IMG/VR virus record: IMGVR_UViG_3300017917_003066 | Direction: 5' to 3' (one strand) | Source: an uncultured virus (IMG/VR IMGVR_UViG_3300017917_003066) | Taxonomy: Duplodnaviria; Heunggongvirae; Uroviricota; Caudoviricetes | Length of the DNA stretch: 64,000 bases | Shown here: positions 40,891 through 49,975 of the stretch, in pieces | How the letters are laid out: the number at the start of each line of letters is the position of its first letter | Numbering within the stretch: position 1 is the first letter of the stretch | Translations under genes and position numbers: made by a program | The notes under the pieces: model-generated | The model's input: only the letters and a program-made list of their open reading frames with translations | What the model was told of the DNA's origin: nothing | The model's database searches: none

Positions 40891-41427
40891 ATGTCAAGAA
40901 AATCATCAATTAAAAAGATTAAAAGAGATAATTCTCAATCTAAAAATATAGAGTCAGCATTAGCTATGTACTTATATGAGAAACAACATTCACCTATTAC
41001 AACAAGATTCACTGGATATGGATTATCAGAGTGTGACGTTATATCTGTTAGTAAGTCAAACTATATTTACGAATATGAAATTAAAATATCTCGTTCAGAT
41101 TTTAAAGCCGATTTTTTAAAAGAAAAACATAAATTAATGTTAGAAAGAAAAGGAACAAAAACTAGAATGATTAAAGAAAATAATGAAAAGGTTAAAGACA
41201 CTTTATATCTTACTTGCAACTACTTTAACTTTGTTGTTCCAACTGGATTAGTAACTACTGATGAAGTACCTGAATATGCTGGTTTAATTTACATGGATGA
41301 AAATCTTAATTTTGAGATTGTTAAGAAAGCACCATTATTACATAAAGAAAAGGCAAGCTATAATTTTATTAGACAACTATCACACAATTTAACTTGTAAG
41401 TTAGTTTTTAACAAAGTGCATAGTTAA
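40891..41427 (+). CDS. PD-(D/E)xK nuclease-like (MmcB-like) protein
   Basis: ECDVI...YEYEIKISRSDFKADF, NYFNFVVP, PEYAGLI. Confidence 0.65.
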   Translation: MSRKSSIKKIKRDNSQSKNIESALAMYLYEKQHSPITTRFTGYGLSECDVISVSKSNYIYEYEIKISRSDFKADFLKEKHKLMLERKGTKTRMIKENNEKVKDTLYLTCNYFNFVVPTGLVTTDEVPEYAGLIYMDENLNFEIVKKAPLLHKEKASYNFIRQLSHNLTCKLVFNKVHS

Positions 41428-41793
41428 ACCATAAATAGTGTATTCTGGTTTATTTCTTAAATTTTCAATCCATTTAAGTGGATTAGTTGGATTATCACCA
41501 TCCATAATAATTGAAGATAATCTCCAATCTAAAGAGTTTAAATATTCTAAAATCCTATCAATTGTTTCTGAGATATCACCCCAACAAAGAACATCGTTGT
41601 AGTCATGAAAGTCCATTTTTTCCATACCAATCGAAATAAAATCACCGTATATTTGACTATTTACAACTTTTTTAGGATGATATTCACAATTAACATCAAC
41701 ATAGTTATCGTTTAACTCAAGACAGATATCTTTTAACTCATTAACTATATCATCGGGTGTTGTAAAGCTTTCAAATAGTTTTAGGTATTTCAT
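41401..41793 (-). CDS. N-tagged paralog-family protein
   Basis: MKYLKLFESF; LKDICLELND; TAATATATA at 41798-41806 (minus). Confidence 0.8.
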   Translation of the reverse strand: MKYLKLFESFTTPDDIVNELKDICLELNDNYVDVNCEYHPKKVVNSQIYGDFISIGMEKMDFHDYNDVLCWGDISETIDRILEYLNSLDWRLSSIIMDGDNPTNPLKWIENLRNKPEYTIYGLTMHFVKN

Positions 41794-41834
41794 TAATTAT
41801 ATATTAAATATATAAAAGAAAATAATTAATCACT

Positions 41835-41948
41835 ATGGCAAAAGCAAGAAAAGAGGGTAAACCAAAAAGAAACAGAGCAAATCTGGTTAAAAGATTAAGA
41901 ATGATTCAAAAAAACGAAGAGGTTTTAAGAAATCTTAAAACTCAATAA
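41835..41948 (+). CDS. 37-aa basic peptide (absent from ORF track)
   Basis: MAKARKEGKPKRNRANLVKRLRMIQKNEEVLRNLKTQ, followed by a terminator. Confidence 0.55.
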   Translation: MAKARKEGKPKRNRANLVKRLRMIQKNEEVLRNLKTQ

Positions 41949-41954
41949 TAAAAT

Positions 41955-41980
41955 AAAACCCAGTCTAAGCTGGGTTTTTT
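41955..41980. terminator. intrinsic terminator
   Basis: A4-CCCAG...CTGGG-T6. Confidence 0.7.
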
Positions 41981-42139
41981 ACTTTGCAATAAAATAAGCG
42001 GCTATAAATATTCCTAACCAAACCAGTCCTTTAATTAAGAAAAATAAAAATGCTACAAATCCCATTCTTTTCAACCATTTCATACCTCGCATTTTTTAAT
42101 TAATAACATAAATATAAAAATAATTTTAATATATACACT

Positions 42140-42556
42140 ATGAAAAAGTTAAAAAGATTTAATGAGTTAGTTGATAATAATCAGCCACATCAAGTTAGTG
42201 ATGCTACTGGTCAACAAGGAGCAATTGCTGATAATACAGAAAATATTATAAAGTTTGAGGTTTTCTCAGAACACAGATTAGAAGGTGCTACAGCTATATC
42301 AAATAATGCTGAAGAAAAAGGTGGTGATGCTCTTTTAACTTATCATCATTTCAAAGTTAAATTACCTTATTACGAACAAGTGGTTGATGGTAAATTTAAT
42401 CCAACTAGAGCTAAAGCTCACTATGAAGACTTAGTTGATGAACTTGTTGAATTAACAGGAAACGGAATGAATATTGATCAAATTCACTTTCAAGAGTTAA
42501 TGGGTAGAATCGAAGTTGTAGGTGAGTTATTAATTAAACACCAGGAATTACTTTAA
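42140..42556 (+). CDS. N-tagged hypothetical protein
   Basis: MKKLKRFNE; TAATATATA at 42127-42135. Confidence 0.8.
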   Translation: MKKLKRFNELVDNNQPHQVSDATGQQGAIADNTENIIKFEVFSEHRLEGATAISNNAEEKGGDALLTYHHFKVKLPYYEQVVDGKFNPTRAKAHYEDLVDELVELTGNGMNIDQIHFQELMGRIEVVGELLIKHQELL

Positions 42557-42958
42557 TAGTATATTTCTAGCAATATTATACTCTTCTTCTGTAAAGCCTA
42601 ACCAACCTCTACACTTAACAACATTAGGCAAACCAAATGAGTTTATATCTCTAACATTATCATCTAAGATAATAAACTTATCAATTGTGTTATTGAATAT
42701 CCAGTGTTCTATTTCAGCGCCTCTACCTTCATCCGGAAAGATTGGAGTGAAATCATAGATGCTAGTAATTATACCTTTTTCAGTGAATATTTTCTGTAGT
42801 TGATGTCTTGTATGATTGGTTCGCCAAGTTGAAGTAACAACCGGTCTTAAATTAAATTCAGCACATAGCTTATTATACAAATCAATGGATGATTTATTCC
42901 ACTGGTTTCTATTAACTGTGTTAAAAACACCATCTATGTCTGTAAATGCTATGTTCAT
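42548..42958 (-). CDS. HAD-domain phosphatase (Swiss Army Knife RNA-repair type)
   Basis: FTDIDGV, VVTSTWR, RGAEIEHW, FIILDD. Confidence 0.8.
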   Translation of the reverse strand: MNIAFTDIDGVFNTVNRNQWNKSSIDLYNKLCAEFNLRPVVTSTWRTNHTRHQLQKIFTEKGIITSIYDFTPIFPDEGRGAEIEHWIFNNTIDKFIILDDNVRDINSFGLPNVVKCRGWLGFTEEEYNIARNILLK

Positions 42959-43362
42959 TTAAATAAGTCGTTTAATATAAAATCTCTTTGTATAGATTTT
43001 GGAAATAATTTTATTATATCTTTTTTACTTTCTAGTAAGAATGAACCGTGTTTATAAAATTCATAAATCTCTTCAACACCATTTTTTGCTATATTACCTT
43101 CTAAGTAAATTGTTTTAATTTGTCCTTTATCAGTATCAACCCATATGTTGATACCTTCAGTAAAAATAAGTTTATAAAACTGTCGCCACTTTGGATGAAC
43201 TTTTTTAACAGTTACAACTGTTCTTTTTCCGTTTACTACTTTAGTTTCATTTGTATACACATCCGGAACCATTCTATATAGCTCACTATAATTATCATAG
43301 TGCTTATGATGTGGCTCACATCTTTTAAAGCCCATGTTTAATAGTTTCTTATGTGTATTCAT
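42955..43362 (-). CDS. hypothetical protein with C-terminal tag
   Basis: ends RDFILNDLFK; TATATTTG at 43368-43375. Confidence 0.7.
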   Translation of the reverse strand: MNTHKKLLNMGFKRCEPHHKHYDNYSELYRMVPDVYTNETKVVNGKRTVVTVKKVHPKWRQFYKLIFTEGINIWVDTDKGQIKTIYLEGNIAKNGVEEIYEFYKHGSFLLESKKDIIKLFPKSIQRDFILNDLFK

Positions 43363-43401
43363 TTTGACAAATATACATAATAAAAATAAAAATAAAAAGA
43401 A

Positions 43402-43830
43402 TTAATCTATACTTCTGAATAATTCATCATCAGTCATGTGATCAACATCAGTCCACTTCATTGTGGTTCTAGGGTCCGTTGGTAGATTAAAATACATATA
43501 AATTCTATTGTCAACAGCTACCATTAATTCTGATGTAACATCTTTTAATTCATCAACCGCTCTTTTATAACAAACTTCAATATCTTTAACTAATTCTAAA
43601 TACTTCTCATATCTAGAAACCATTTGTTCAGGTGTCATTTCTGAAGCCATCGTTTGTGTTTTTGTCCAAGGCTTAACTTCTAAAATTAATCTATTTATAG
43701 ACTCTAGTCTAATTTCAACTTGAATCGTTTGGTCATCAATTAACTCAGCAAAAATATCTTTTAACATATTATGAACTTCAATATGTCTTTCTGCTATATT
43801 AGACTCGTTAAATTTTTTCAGATATTTCAT
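43402..43830 (-). CDS. N-tagged paralog-family protein
   Basis: MKYLKKFNES; LKDIFAELIDD; TAATATATA at 43835-43843 (minus). Confidence 0.8.
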   Translation of the reverse strand: MKYLKKFNESNIAERHIEVHNMLKDIFAELIDDQTIQVEIRLESINRLILEVKPWTKTQTMASEMTPEQMVSRYEKYLELVKDIEVCYKRAVDELKDVTSELMVAVDNRIYMYFNLPTDPRTTMKWTDVDHMTDDELFRSID

Positions 43831-43899
43831 ACAATATATATTAAAGTTAGGATTTTAGAAATAAAAATCAATATATAATCAAAATTAATAAAATTACAT

Positions 43900-44130
43900 A
43901 TGAGTGAAATCTTAGGTACCATTAGAATTCTAGAAGGAAGAATAATAACAAAAAAGAATGGAGTAGAAGAAGTTTGGAGTAGAGGCGGTGGTGACCCAAA
44001 TAATTATATTATTTATAATGGGTTAACTTACAGACAACTAAATGGTAAAAATCAAGAAATATCAGAGCCTGTTAAAAAATATCAAGAAATCGAAGAAAAC
44101 GACCTTGATGATGAAACTGAATTATTTTAA
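43900..44130 (+). CDS. hypothetical protein
   Basis: 76-aa ORF ending at a terminator. Confidence 0.6.
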   Translation: MSEILGTIRILEGRIITKKNGVEEVWSRGGGDPNNYIIYNGLTYRQLNGKNQEISEPVKKYQEIEENDLDDETELF

Positions 44131-44133
44131 AAC

Positions 44134-44161
44134 AAAAAAGACACCGAAGTGTCTTTTTTTT
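44134..44161. terminator. bidirectional intrinsic terminator
   Basis: A6-GACAC-cgaa-GTGTC-T8. Confidence 0.8.
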
Positions 44162-44166
44162 GTTAA

Positions 44167-44364
44167 TTACTTTTTCCTTCCTTTCTGTGGCATCGGTGCT
44201 GGTTTTGCCGGTGCTGCTTTAGGAGCTTTTTTAGGAGCTTCTTTTCGTCTTTGATTTCGAATCGCTCTGTACTCATCTGGGGTTTGACAATCATGCTTCA
44301 CCATTAGTTTAGCCATCGTTTGTGAGATACTAAACTGTTCCATCAATAATTTTACTTTTGTCAT
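44167..44364 (-). CDS. small basic protein with K/A/P-rich tail
   Basis: APKKAPKAAPAKPAP. Confidence 0.6.
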   Translation of the reverse strand: MTKVKLLMEQFSISQTMAKLMVKHDCQTPDEYRAIRNQRRKEAPKKAPKAAPAKPAPMPQKGRKK

Positions 44365-44396
44365 TTTTTATATTTAATTGTTATACTTACATATTA

Positions 44397-44591
44397 TTAT
44401 CTCAAGAATGGGAAAAGTTGTTTTAACTTTTCATAAGCAATTCGAGAGTCTTCTTGACCACACATGTTTTTACAAAAAATACCCATATCAGTAGCACAGT
44501 CAATTGGCTGACCACACTTCTTACAAGTCATGGTAATATCGGTACTACCATCTTTATTTTTCTTAGTTTTTATTTTAATATTCTTTTTCAT
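44397..44591 (-). CDS. small Cys-rich protein
   Basis: CKKC...CKNMC. Confidence 0.6.
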   Translation of the reverse strand: MKKNIKIKTKKNKDGSTDITMTCKKCGQPIDCATDMGIFCKNMCGQEDSRIAYEKLKQLFPFLR

Positions 44592-44719
44592 ATTATGTGA
44601 AAATAAAAGCGATTATTCCTATAACTATAAACCAAACAGCTACAAAAATAGATACCGGGATTTTTTTGAAAATATTCTTCATGAGTTTTTAATGTTTTAC
44701 AAATATAGTAATAAAATCT

Positions 44720-45382
44720 TTAAATTCCTAAATTATCTAATTTTCTTCTACGAATTTCTCTTTTTATTAATCCTTGTAATGTTTCTTTCTGAGGTTCTTT
44801 AAATCCGGAAAAAGTTATTTCACCTCCTTCATATTGCTTAATATACTTTTTCAAGTCTTCCGCATAAAAGTAGTTTACAAAAGAAACATCATAGTTAAAG
44901 TCTTTAAGTTCTTCAATTAATTCTCTTGTTTGGAACTCTAATTTAGAATACTTTAGAATTAACAAATCAACATCAATATAAATAATCTTATCATCATATT
45001 TATCAATTAAATCTGAGTAGAATAAATTCATATATTCAACCACATAAGGTGACTTTATTTTCATATAAAGAGAGTTACAATGTATCTTCCACTTTTCATA
45101 CTCATCCTTATTTACCCACTTTAAATCTTTTCTGTTTTTAAGAAACCATTTTACTCTTTCAATATCTTCTTTCCACTTTTCATCCAGCATATTAGATTCA
45201 AATAAGCCAATCAGTAAAGATGTGTAAAGTACATTAAAATCAATTTGAACTACATCCTCGTATAGATTTCCTCTACTAAAATCTCCTAAATGATGTATTT
45301 TCTTATCAGTTATAAGAAAATTATGAAACTCAAGACCTTCTAATTTTTTAAGTCTTTCTATATAATCTTGTCTTAATTTCAT
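44720..45382 (-). CDS. miniature/degenerate family-B DNA polymerase palm-like protein with C-terminal tag
   Basis: DFNVLYTS (motif A), KIHCNSLY (motif B), YIDVD (motif C); ends RRRKLDNLGI. Confidence 0.6.
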   Translation of the reverse strand: MKLRQDYIERLKKLEGLEFHNFLITDKKIHHLGDFSRGNLYEDVVQIDFNVLYTSLLIGLFESNMLDEKWKEDIERVKWFLKNRKDLKWVNKDEYEKWKIHCNSLYMKIKSPYVVEYMNLFYSDLIDKYDDKIIYIDVDLLILKYSKLEFQTRELIEELKDFNYDVSFVNYFYAEDLKKYIKQYEGGEITFSGFKEPQKETLQGLIKREIRRRKLDNLGI

Positions 45383-45816
45383 AAACCTAATATTTCCAAC
45401 TTTTCGTTTCTTAATTCTGATACAAAACCTTGTGGATAAAACTGAACAATAAAACGATAACCTTGATTTGTCATATAATCAACTTTATCATTTTCAAATT
45501 TTGTTTCACCAGAATTGCTACCTGGTCTTGGTAATTTATAACTTGATGAAAACATTTTAATGAACTTATCTTCTAACCTTTTACGACATTTATCTTTAGC
45601 ATTATCAAGCAGCATTGCTTCGTAGATTGAATTAGAAAACCCATCTTCAAAATTAAATGTAACTTTATAACAAAATTCACTTTCTGGATAACCAGTATAA
45701 TACTTATTCATTCTGAATAAATCTACCGATTCTACTTTGCGAGAGTAACCATCAACTTCAATTGATTCAATTATCTCTTTCCATTTATCTGTTAGTATTT
45801 TAGCAAAGCCGTCCAT
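45379..45816 (-). CDS. hypothetical protein with C-terminal tag
   Basis: ends RNEKLEILGL. Confidence 0.75.
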   Translation of the reverse strand: MDGFAKILTDKWKEIIESIEVDGYSRKVESVDLFRMNKYYTGYPESEFCYKVTFNFEDGFSNSIYEAMLLDNAKDKCRKRLEDKFIKMFSSSYKLPRPGSNSGETKFENDKVDYMTNQGYRFIVQFYPQGFVSELRNEKLEILGL

Positions 45817-46136
45817 TATAGTCCTAAGTCTTTTAATATTTTTTCTCTTGCCTCAGCAACAGTCGGTACTTTAACTCTTTCTGACTCACCTTTTGTACCA
45901 TCTGACAATGTTGGTGCATATTTTTTTCTTCTATTAAACTCACTCAACCTTGAGAATAGTTTCTTTTCTTTTATAGGGATAAAGCCTTTTATGACTTTAA
46001 ATTGTAAACTACTTAGTTCTATAATCTCAGAGGGAACATACTTATTATCAACATACCTAGCGAGTAGATAGAGTCTGTATTGACCTCCATCCTCAACAAT
46101 ATAATCACCGCTATTTGAGTTTACCCAATAATTCAT
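45816..46136 (-). CDS. hypothetical protein with C-terminal tag
   Basis: likely start MNYWV at 46136 after TATCTTTG at 46142-46149; ends REKILKDLGL. Confidence 0.7.
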   Translation of the reverse strand: MNYWVNSNSGDYIVEDGGQYRLYLLARYVDNKYVPSEIIELSSLQFKVIKGFIPIKEKKLFSRLSEFNRRKKYAPTLSDGTKGESERVKVPTVAEAREKILKDLGL

Positions 46137-46161
46137 AATTACAAAGATAATAAATAAAAAT

Positions 46162-46189
46162 AAAAAACCCACCTTATGGTGGGTTTTTT
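46162..46189. terminator. intrinsic terminator
   Basis: A6-CCCACC-ttat-GGTGGG-T6. Confidence 0.8.
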
Positions 46190-46191
46190 AT

Positions 46192-47280
46192 TTAGTTAAT
46201 TTCCTCTCCGGTTTCTTTGTAAGCCGGGTTGATGATTTTCAAACGAAGTTTAGTACCATCTTTAGCATCACGGTCAATGTAAGGACGAAGTACAACACCT
46301 TCACGGATATGTAACTCTTTACCAGACACTAACTCATTTCCCTTACAAAGTTCTACGACATCTTTTGGAAGGATGAAGTCAACTCTTGTCTTACGGATTC
46401 CTCTTGACTCATCTTCATAAAGAACGACTTCTTTAGATTCTAAGTTAAGAGTACCATCGTAAATGATTGGTACCCACAACTCCCTCAATTCATCAGGTAC
46501 CATATCGTAAGGGATAGATTTACCATTTACCCTAACATCAAACAACCTTGTGGTTGGATTTGTTTGTCCGTAGTTATATCCTTTTTGAACAGGAACAACT
46601 TCACCAAACACTTGGACAACACCTTCTGTAAAATTATTTCTAATTCTACCAACAATGTTATCATTTTTAGCCGCTACCCAGTATGTGTTGCCTTCTTCAT
46701 CTTGAAGAGACAAACCAGACTTTAACATACCTTTAGAACTTACAATGGTTTTCTCAGTTTCAATCTCATGTGCTAAGATGAATTGAGAACCATGTACTTT
46801 CTCAGTGATAACAACTCTTTCACCTCGTACTAAATCATTAACATAAACATTTGCATGTTCACAGTCGTGATTTCCAATGTGTGGCATATCAAATCTTGTC
46901 ACACTTCCAGCCAAGTGAACTGGAATTGGTGGTTCGTATTTAGTGATACCTAAATCTTCTGAAATATCTACACCAACAGTATAGCTTTCAAAGTTAGGAA
47001 CTAAATGTTTAGGAATGATAATCCCAGAAGAGATTTCATTTCTAAGACGAACCGCCTTTACCCTATCTTTATTTGGACCAGAAAGATACTTTTCATATTC
47101 TGCTTTAATCTGTCCAGTAAGTACAGATTTTTCAGGAGCGAATACTACTTCATCACCGGTTTGATAAAGACCTTTTTGAACTACTACTTGGTAAGAACCA
47201 ATTTTTGCAAGTTCAAGAGCGTCAGCGTTCGGGTGAACGAATAGCTCGATTTTTTCTTTAGATACTTTAAAATTACTCAT
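46192..47280 (-). CDS. RNA ligase, DRB0094 family
   Basis: HPNADALEL N-terminal OB-like module; TEKVHGS motif I, FGE, EGVVLR, LKIIN. Confidence 0.85.
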   Translation of the reverse strand: MSNFKVSKEKIELFVHPNADALELAKIGSYQVVVQKGLYQTGDEVVFAPEKSVLTGQIKAEYEKYLSGPNKDRVKAVRLRNEISSGIIIPKHLVPNFESYTVGVDISEDLGITKYEPPIPVHLAGSVTRFDMPHIGNHDCEHANVYVNDLVRGERVVITEKVHGSQFILAHEIETEKTIVSSKGMLKSGLSLQDEEGNTYWVAAKNDNIVGRIRNNFTEGVVQVFGEVVPVQKGYNYGQTNPTTRLFDVRVNGKSIPYDMVPDELRELWVPIIYDGTLNLESKEVVLYEDESRGIRKTRVDFILPKDVVELCKGNELVSGKELHIREGVVLRPYIDRDAKDGTKLRLKIINPAYKETGEEIN

Positions 47281-47309
47281 TTCTTTAAATTTAATTTGTT
47301 TAACAATTT

Positions 47310-47335
47310 GGGTTCGAGTCCGTCCTGTGCCACCA
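47310..47335 (+). other. tRNA 3'-end remnant (T-loop, acceptor strand, CCA)
   Basis: GGGTTCGAGTCCGTCCTGTGCCACCA with no 5' half. Confidence 0.5.
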
Positions 47336-47406
47336 ATTAAATTCTACCTAAAGAGAAGAAATTAACATCACAAAGATAGTAATATATTAATTAAAAACAA
47401 AATAGT

Positions 47407-48150
47407 TTAAAGATTAAATTTAAATCCTGTTAATTTTTCTACATCTTCTTTTTTAACAGTCCATTTATCTAAACCAACTGGTTTATCTGGAGTATTGTTA
47501 AATATGTAACACTCATATGTTTTAGTTTTCTTTATGTAAATAACTTTCCAACACTTTGATGGTATGTGTAAATTAGCTATAACAAATTGACTACCAGTTG
47601 AGCCACACCAAACATAAATTGAATCGTGAGTGGCGGCTAGAAGTCTCGTTCTTTCTTCTAATCTTTTCCAATCACCAGCATTTAAAGAGTGATATTGTGG
47701 TGCCATATTTGTAAAATAAAAGCACTCTTTTTGTAATTTCTGAGCATCTACTAATTTACCGTTAACAGTTATTGGACATTGATTATCAGCAGCAGGTGAC
47801 ATATGTCCTCTATCAAAGCCTTTTAATCCTTTTTCTTTTTGAGATTTATTTGCTGCTTCGTATTCTTTTTGAATGTCTGTTTCTTTTGGTAATAATGGAT
47901 CTGGTCCGAATTCATCTTTTCTAGGAATTTGATTACAAACAATTCTTTCTTTTGTGTCCCACCATTGAACCATTAAAGGATAATCTAATGTTGAACTCCA
48001 AAGTGTTTTGTAACCAAGATGAACTAAAGTGACTGTATCACTTGGTATTTTATTTATTTCTTGTTGACTTTGTGTTGCTTCTTTAGTTGAAAAGCTTAAT
48101 GTTAATAATACAGATGTTAATAATAATAAAATAGGTAATGTTTTTTTCAT
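47407..48150 (-). CDS. DNA/RNA non-specific endonuclease, secreted
   Basis: DRGHMSPAAD, FYFTNMAPQ..SLNAGDW..LE; signal peptide. Confidence 0.9.
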   Translation of the reverse strand: MKKTLPILLLLTSVLLTLSFSTKEATQSQQEINKIPSDTVTLVHLGYKTLWSSTLDYPLMVQWWDTKERIVCNQIPRKDEFGPDPLLPKETDIQKEYEAANKSQKEKGLKGFDRGHMSPAADNQCPITVNGKLVDAQKLQKECFYFTNMAPQYHSLNAGDWKRLEERTRLLAATHDSIYVWCGSTGSQFVIANLHIPSKCWKVIYIKKTKTYECYIFNNTPDKPVGLDKWTVKKEDVEKLTGFKFNL

Positions 48151-48182
48151 ATTTAGATGTTAGTTTTAACTATATATTAACA

Positions 48183-48524
48183 TCATTTCCAAAAAATCTG
48201 AATTAGTAATATACCACCAGCCAAACACAAACTAACTATCGTTTTTGTTGTGAACGGTTCACTCATTATAAAGTGAGAAAGTAAGGCAAAAACAATAGCA
48301 CCAACTGCAAATCCTATTAGTCGTCCGGGCCAAACTTGACCATCAAAAGCTAATGCACAATACTTAGTAAAATAAATTAAAAGTATAGAAATTGGAACAC
48401 CCATAAAAGACATTAATATAGGATGATTTTTGGCCCAAGTCCAAAAGAATTGACTTTGTAGTTGAAAGTAAGCTAAAGACTGACCAATAGTTATTATAAG
48501 TAATGATATTATTAAATTTCTCAT
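48183..48524 (-). CDS. small multi-pass membrane protein (DMT-like)
   Basis: four hydrophobic segments in 113 aa. Confidence 0.65.
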   Translation of the reverse strand: MRNLIISLLIITIGQSLAYFQLQSQFFWTWAKNHPILMSFMGVPISILLIYFTKYCALAFDGQVWPGRLIGFAVGAIVFALLSHFIMSEPFTTKTIVSLCLAGGILLIQIFWK

Positions 48525-49045
48525 AATCCTAAATCTTCTAACTTAAATCTTCTTTCAATTGCCACCTCATCAACTAGATAATACCCTTCTTTGTGCATAT
48601 TATAACCACTCATAAAGATATCGTGATTTAAATGATGATTCATGTTATCTACTAAAGATTTACATTCTTCAAATAAAGTTTGTTCAGTATCACCATCTTG
48701 AAATGGTCTAAAAATAAAGTATGTAATTGGTCTGTCACCATTTTCATAATTGACATCTCCAACCTCTAATTCAATTTTCCATTTATTACCATGTTCCCAA
48801 TATCTTCTATCAATAGATCTAGCTAAAAAGAATAATCCTTCTTGCTTGTAAATACAAGATTCTTCAACATGTAGAAATATTAATAATCCATTCCACTTAT
48901 TAAGTTCTTCAAATGTTTTATATAAATTTGTACTTTGTACATTTATACCAGGAATAGCTTGTATAGCCATTAATAAGTTTTTATAATCTTCTTTTAGATT
49001 ATATTTGTTAATGTCTTCGGTTTCTTTTCTTAATATTAGTGCCAT
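48521..49045 (-). CDS. hypothetical protein with C-terminal tag
   Basis: ends RRFKLEDLGL. Confidence 0.75.
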   Translation of the reverse strand: MALILRKETEDINKYNLKEDYKNLLMAIQAIPGINVQSTNLYKTFEELNKWNGLLIFLHVEESCIYKQEGLFFLARSIDRRYWEHGNKWKIELEVGDVNYENGDRPITYFIFRPFQDGDTEQTLFEECKSLVDNMNHHLNHDIFMSGYNMHKEGYYLVDEVAIERRFKLEDLGL

Positions 49046-49239
49046 AGTTCTTCTATTTTTTTATTTCTTTCTTCGTCAATTGGATAGAATAGTTCTTTAG
49101 TATACCAGAAGTTTCTCAATTCATCATCAACTATTCTAAACCCAATATTATCAATATCAGTTACCACATAAGACTTATCAATTGTTAAACCTTTTAATTT
49201 ACCAACTGAGTCATTATCACTTTTACATCTAACTATCAT
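49036..49239 (-). CDS. MKV.C-like protein with C-terminal tag
   Basis: VRC...LTIDKSYVV; ends RNKKIEELWH. Confidence 0.7.
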   Translation of the reverse strand: MIVRCKSDNDSVGKLKGLTIDKSYVVTDIDNIGFRIVDDELRNFWYTKELFYPIDEERNKKIEELWH

Positions 49240-49580
49240 ACCCCAATTTTATTTAACTTAACCTCTCTTAGAAATGGTTTGATAATCTTATATGTCAATT
49301 CAATCATTGAGTTTTCAGATGTGTATATTTGTTGAACGTTACCACTCCTTTCAACATGAATATTATAGTTAGTGATATCAACTTCTTTATTATCAGACCA
49401 CATATTAACTAAGCTATAGTGTTTCTCAATTCTTATTTGTGTTGAAATATCATCTTGTTTATAATAAAGTAAATAGTGATTATCTTGTGATATAATCATC
49501 AAATCATCTATCAATAATCTTGAACTGAAGTTCAATCCATCATAGATAAGTTGAATGTCTTTCCAAAGTTTTTCTAACAT
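49236..49580 (-). CDS. hypothetical protein with C-terminal tag
   Basis: ends REVKLNKIGV. Confidence 0.7.
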   Translation of the reverse strand: MLEKLWKDIQLIYDGLNFSSRLLIDDLMIISQDNHYLLYYKQDDISTQIRIEKHYSLVNMWSDNKEVDITNYNIHVERSGNVQQIYTSENSMIELTYKIIKPFLREVKLNKIGV

Positions 49581-49975
49581 AATATTGTTTCAATTTTTTT
49601 ATCTCTCTCAAATGATTTAGTTACATCAGTGAATAACCAACTTTTATTTTCAACCTTTCCAGGATCTAAGTTCTTTTCAATTAGACCTTTTGATATAATA
49701 CTTTCTGTTTTATATTCACTGACATCACCATTATTGTAAATAACTCTTTCAAGATAAGTGTATGCTTCTGATGTCGGTGATGATTTGAAAAAACGAACAA
49801 CCACTACATCACCTTTAGATAATTCAATAGTATCAGTTTCATCCCAATCACTAATATCCCTCATATCACCCCATCTTTTATCTCTGCAATTTGACCATGA
49901 GAAATCTGAATTTACCAAAAAGAAATGTTCTTTCTGTAGTTTATCATGTATCTGACCTGGTATATAATTCATCAT
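49574..49975 (-). CDS. hypothetical protein with C-terminal tag
   Basis: ends RDKKIETILC. Confidence 0.7.
   Translation of the reverse strand: MMNYIPGQIHDKLQKEHFFLVNSDFSWSNCRDKRWGDMRDISDWDETDTIELSKGDVVVVRFFKSSPTSEAYTYLERVIYNNGDVSEYKTESIISKGLIEKNLDPGKVENKSWLFTDVTKSFERDKKIETILC

Noticed and set aside
1127..43830. Paralog expansion as a diversity-generating retroelement
   Set aside because: No reverse transcriptase and no near-identical template/variable repeat pair in this window; the paralogs are diverged throughout.
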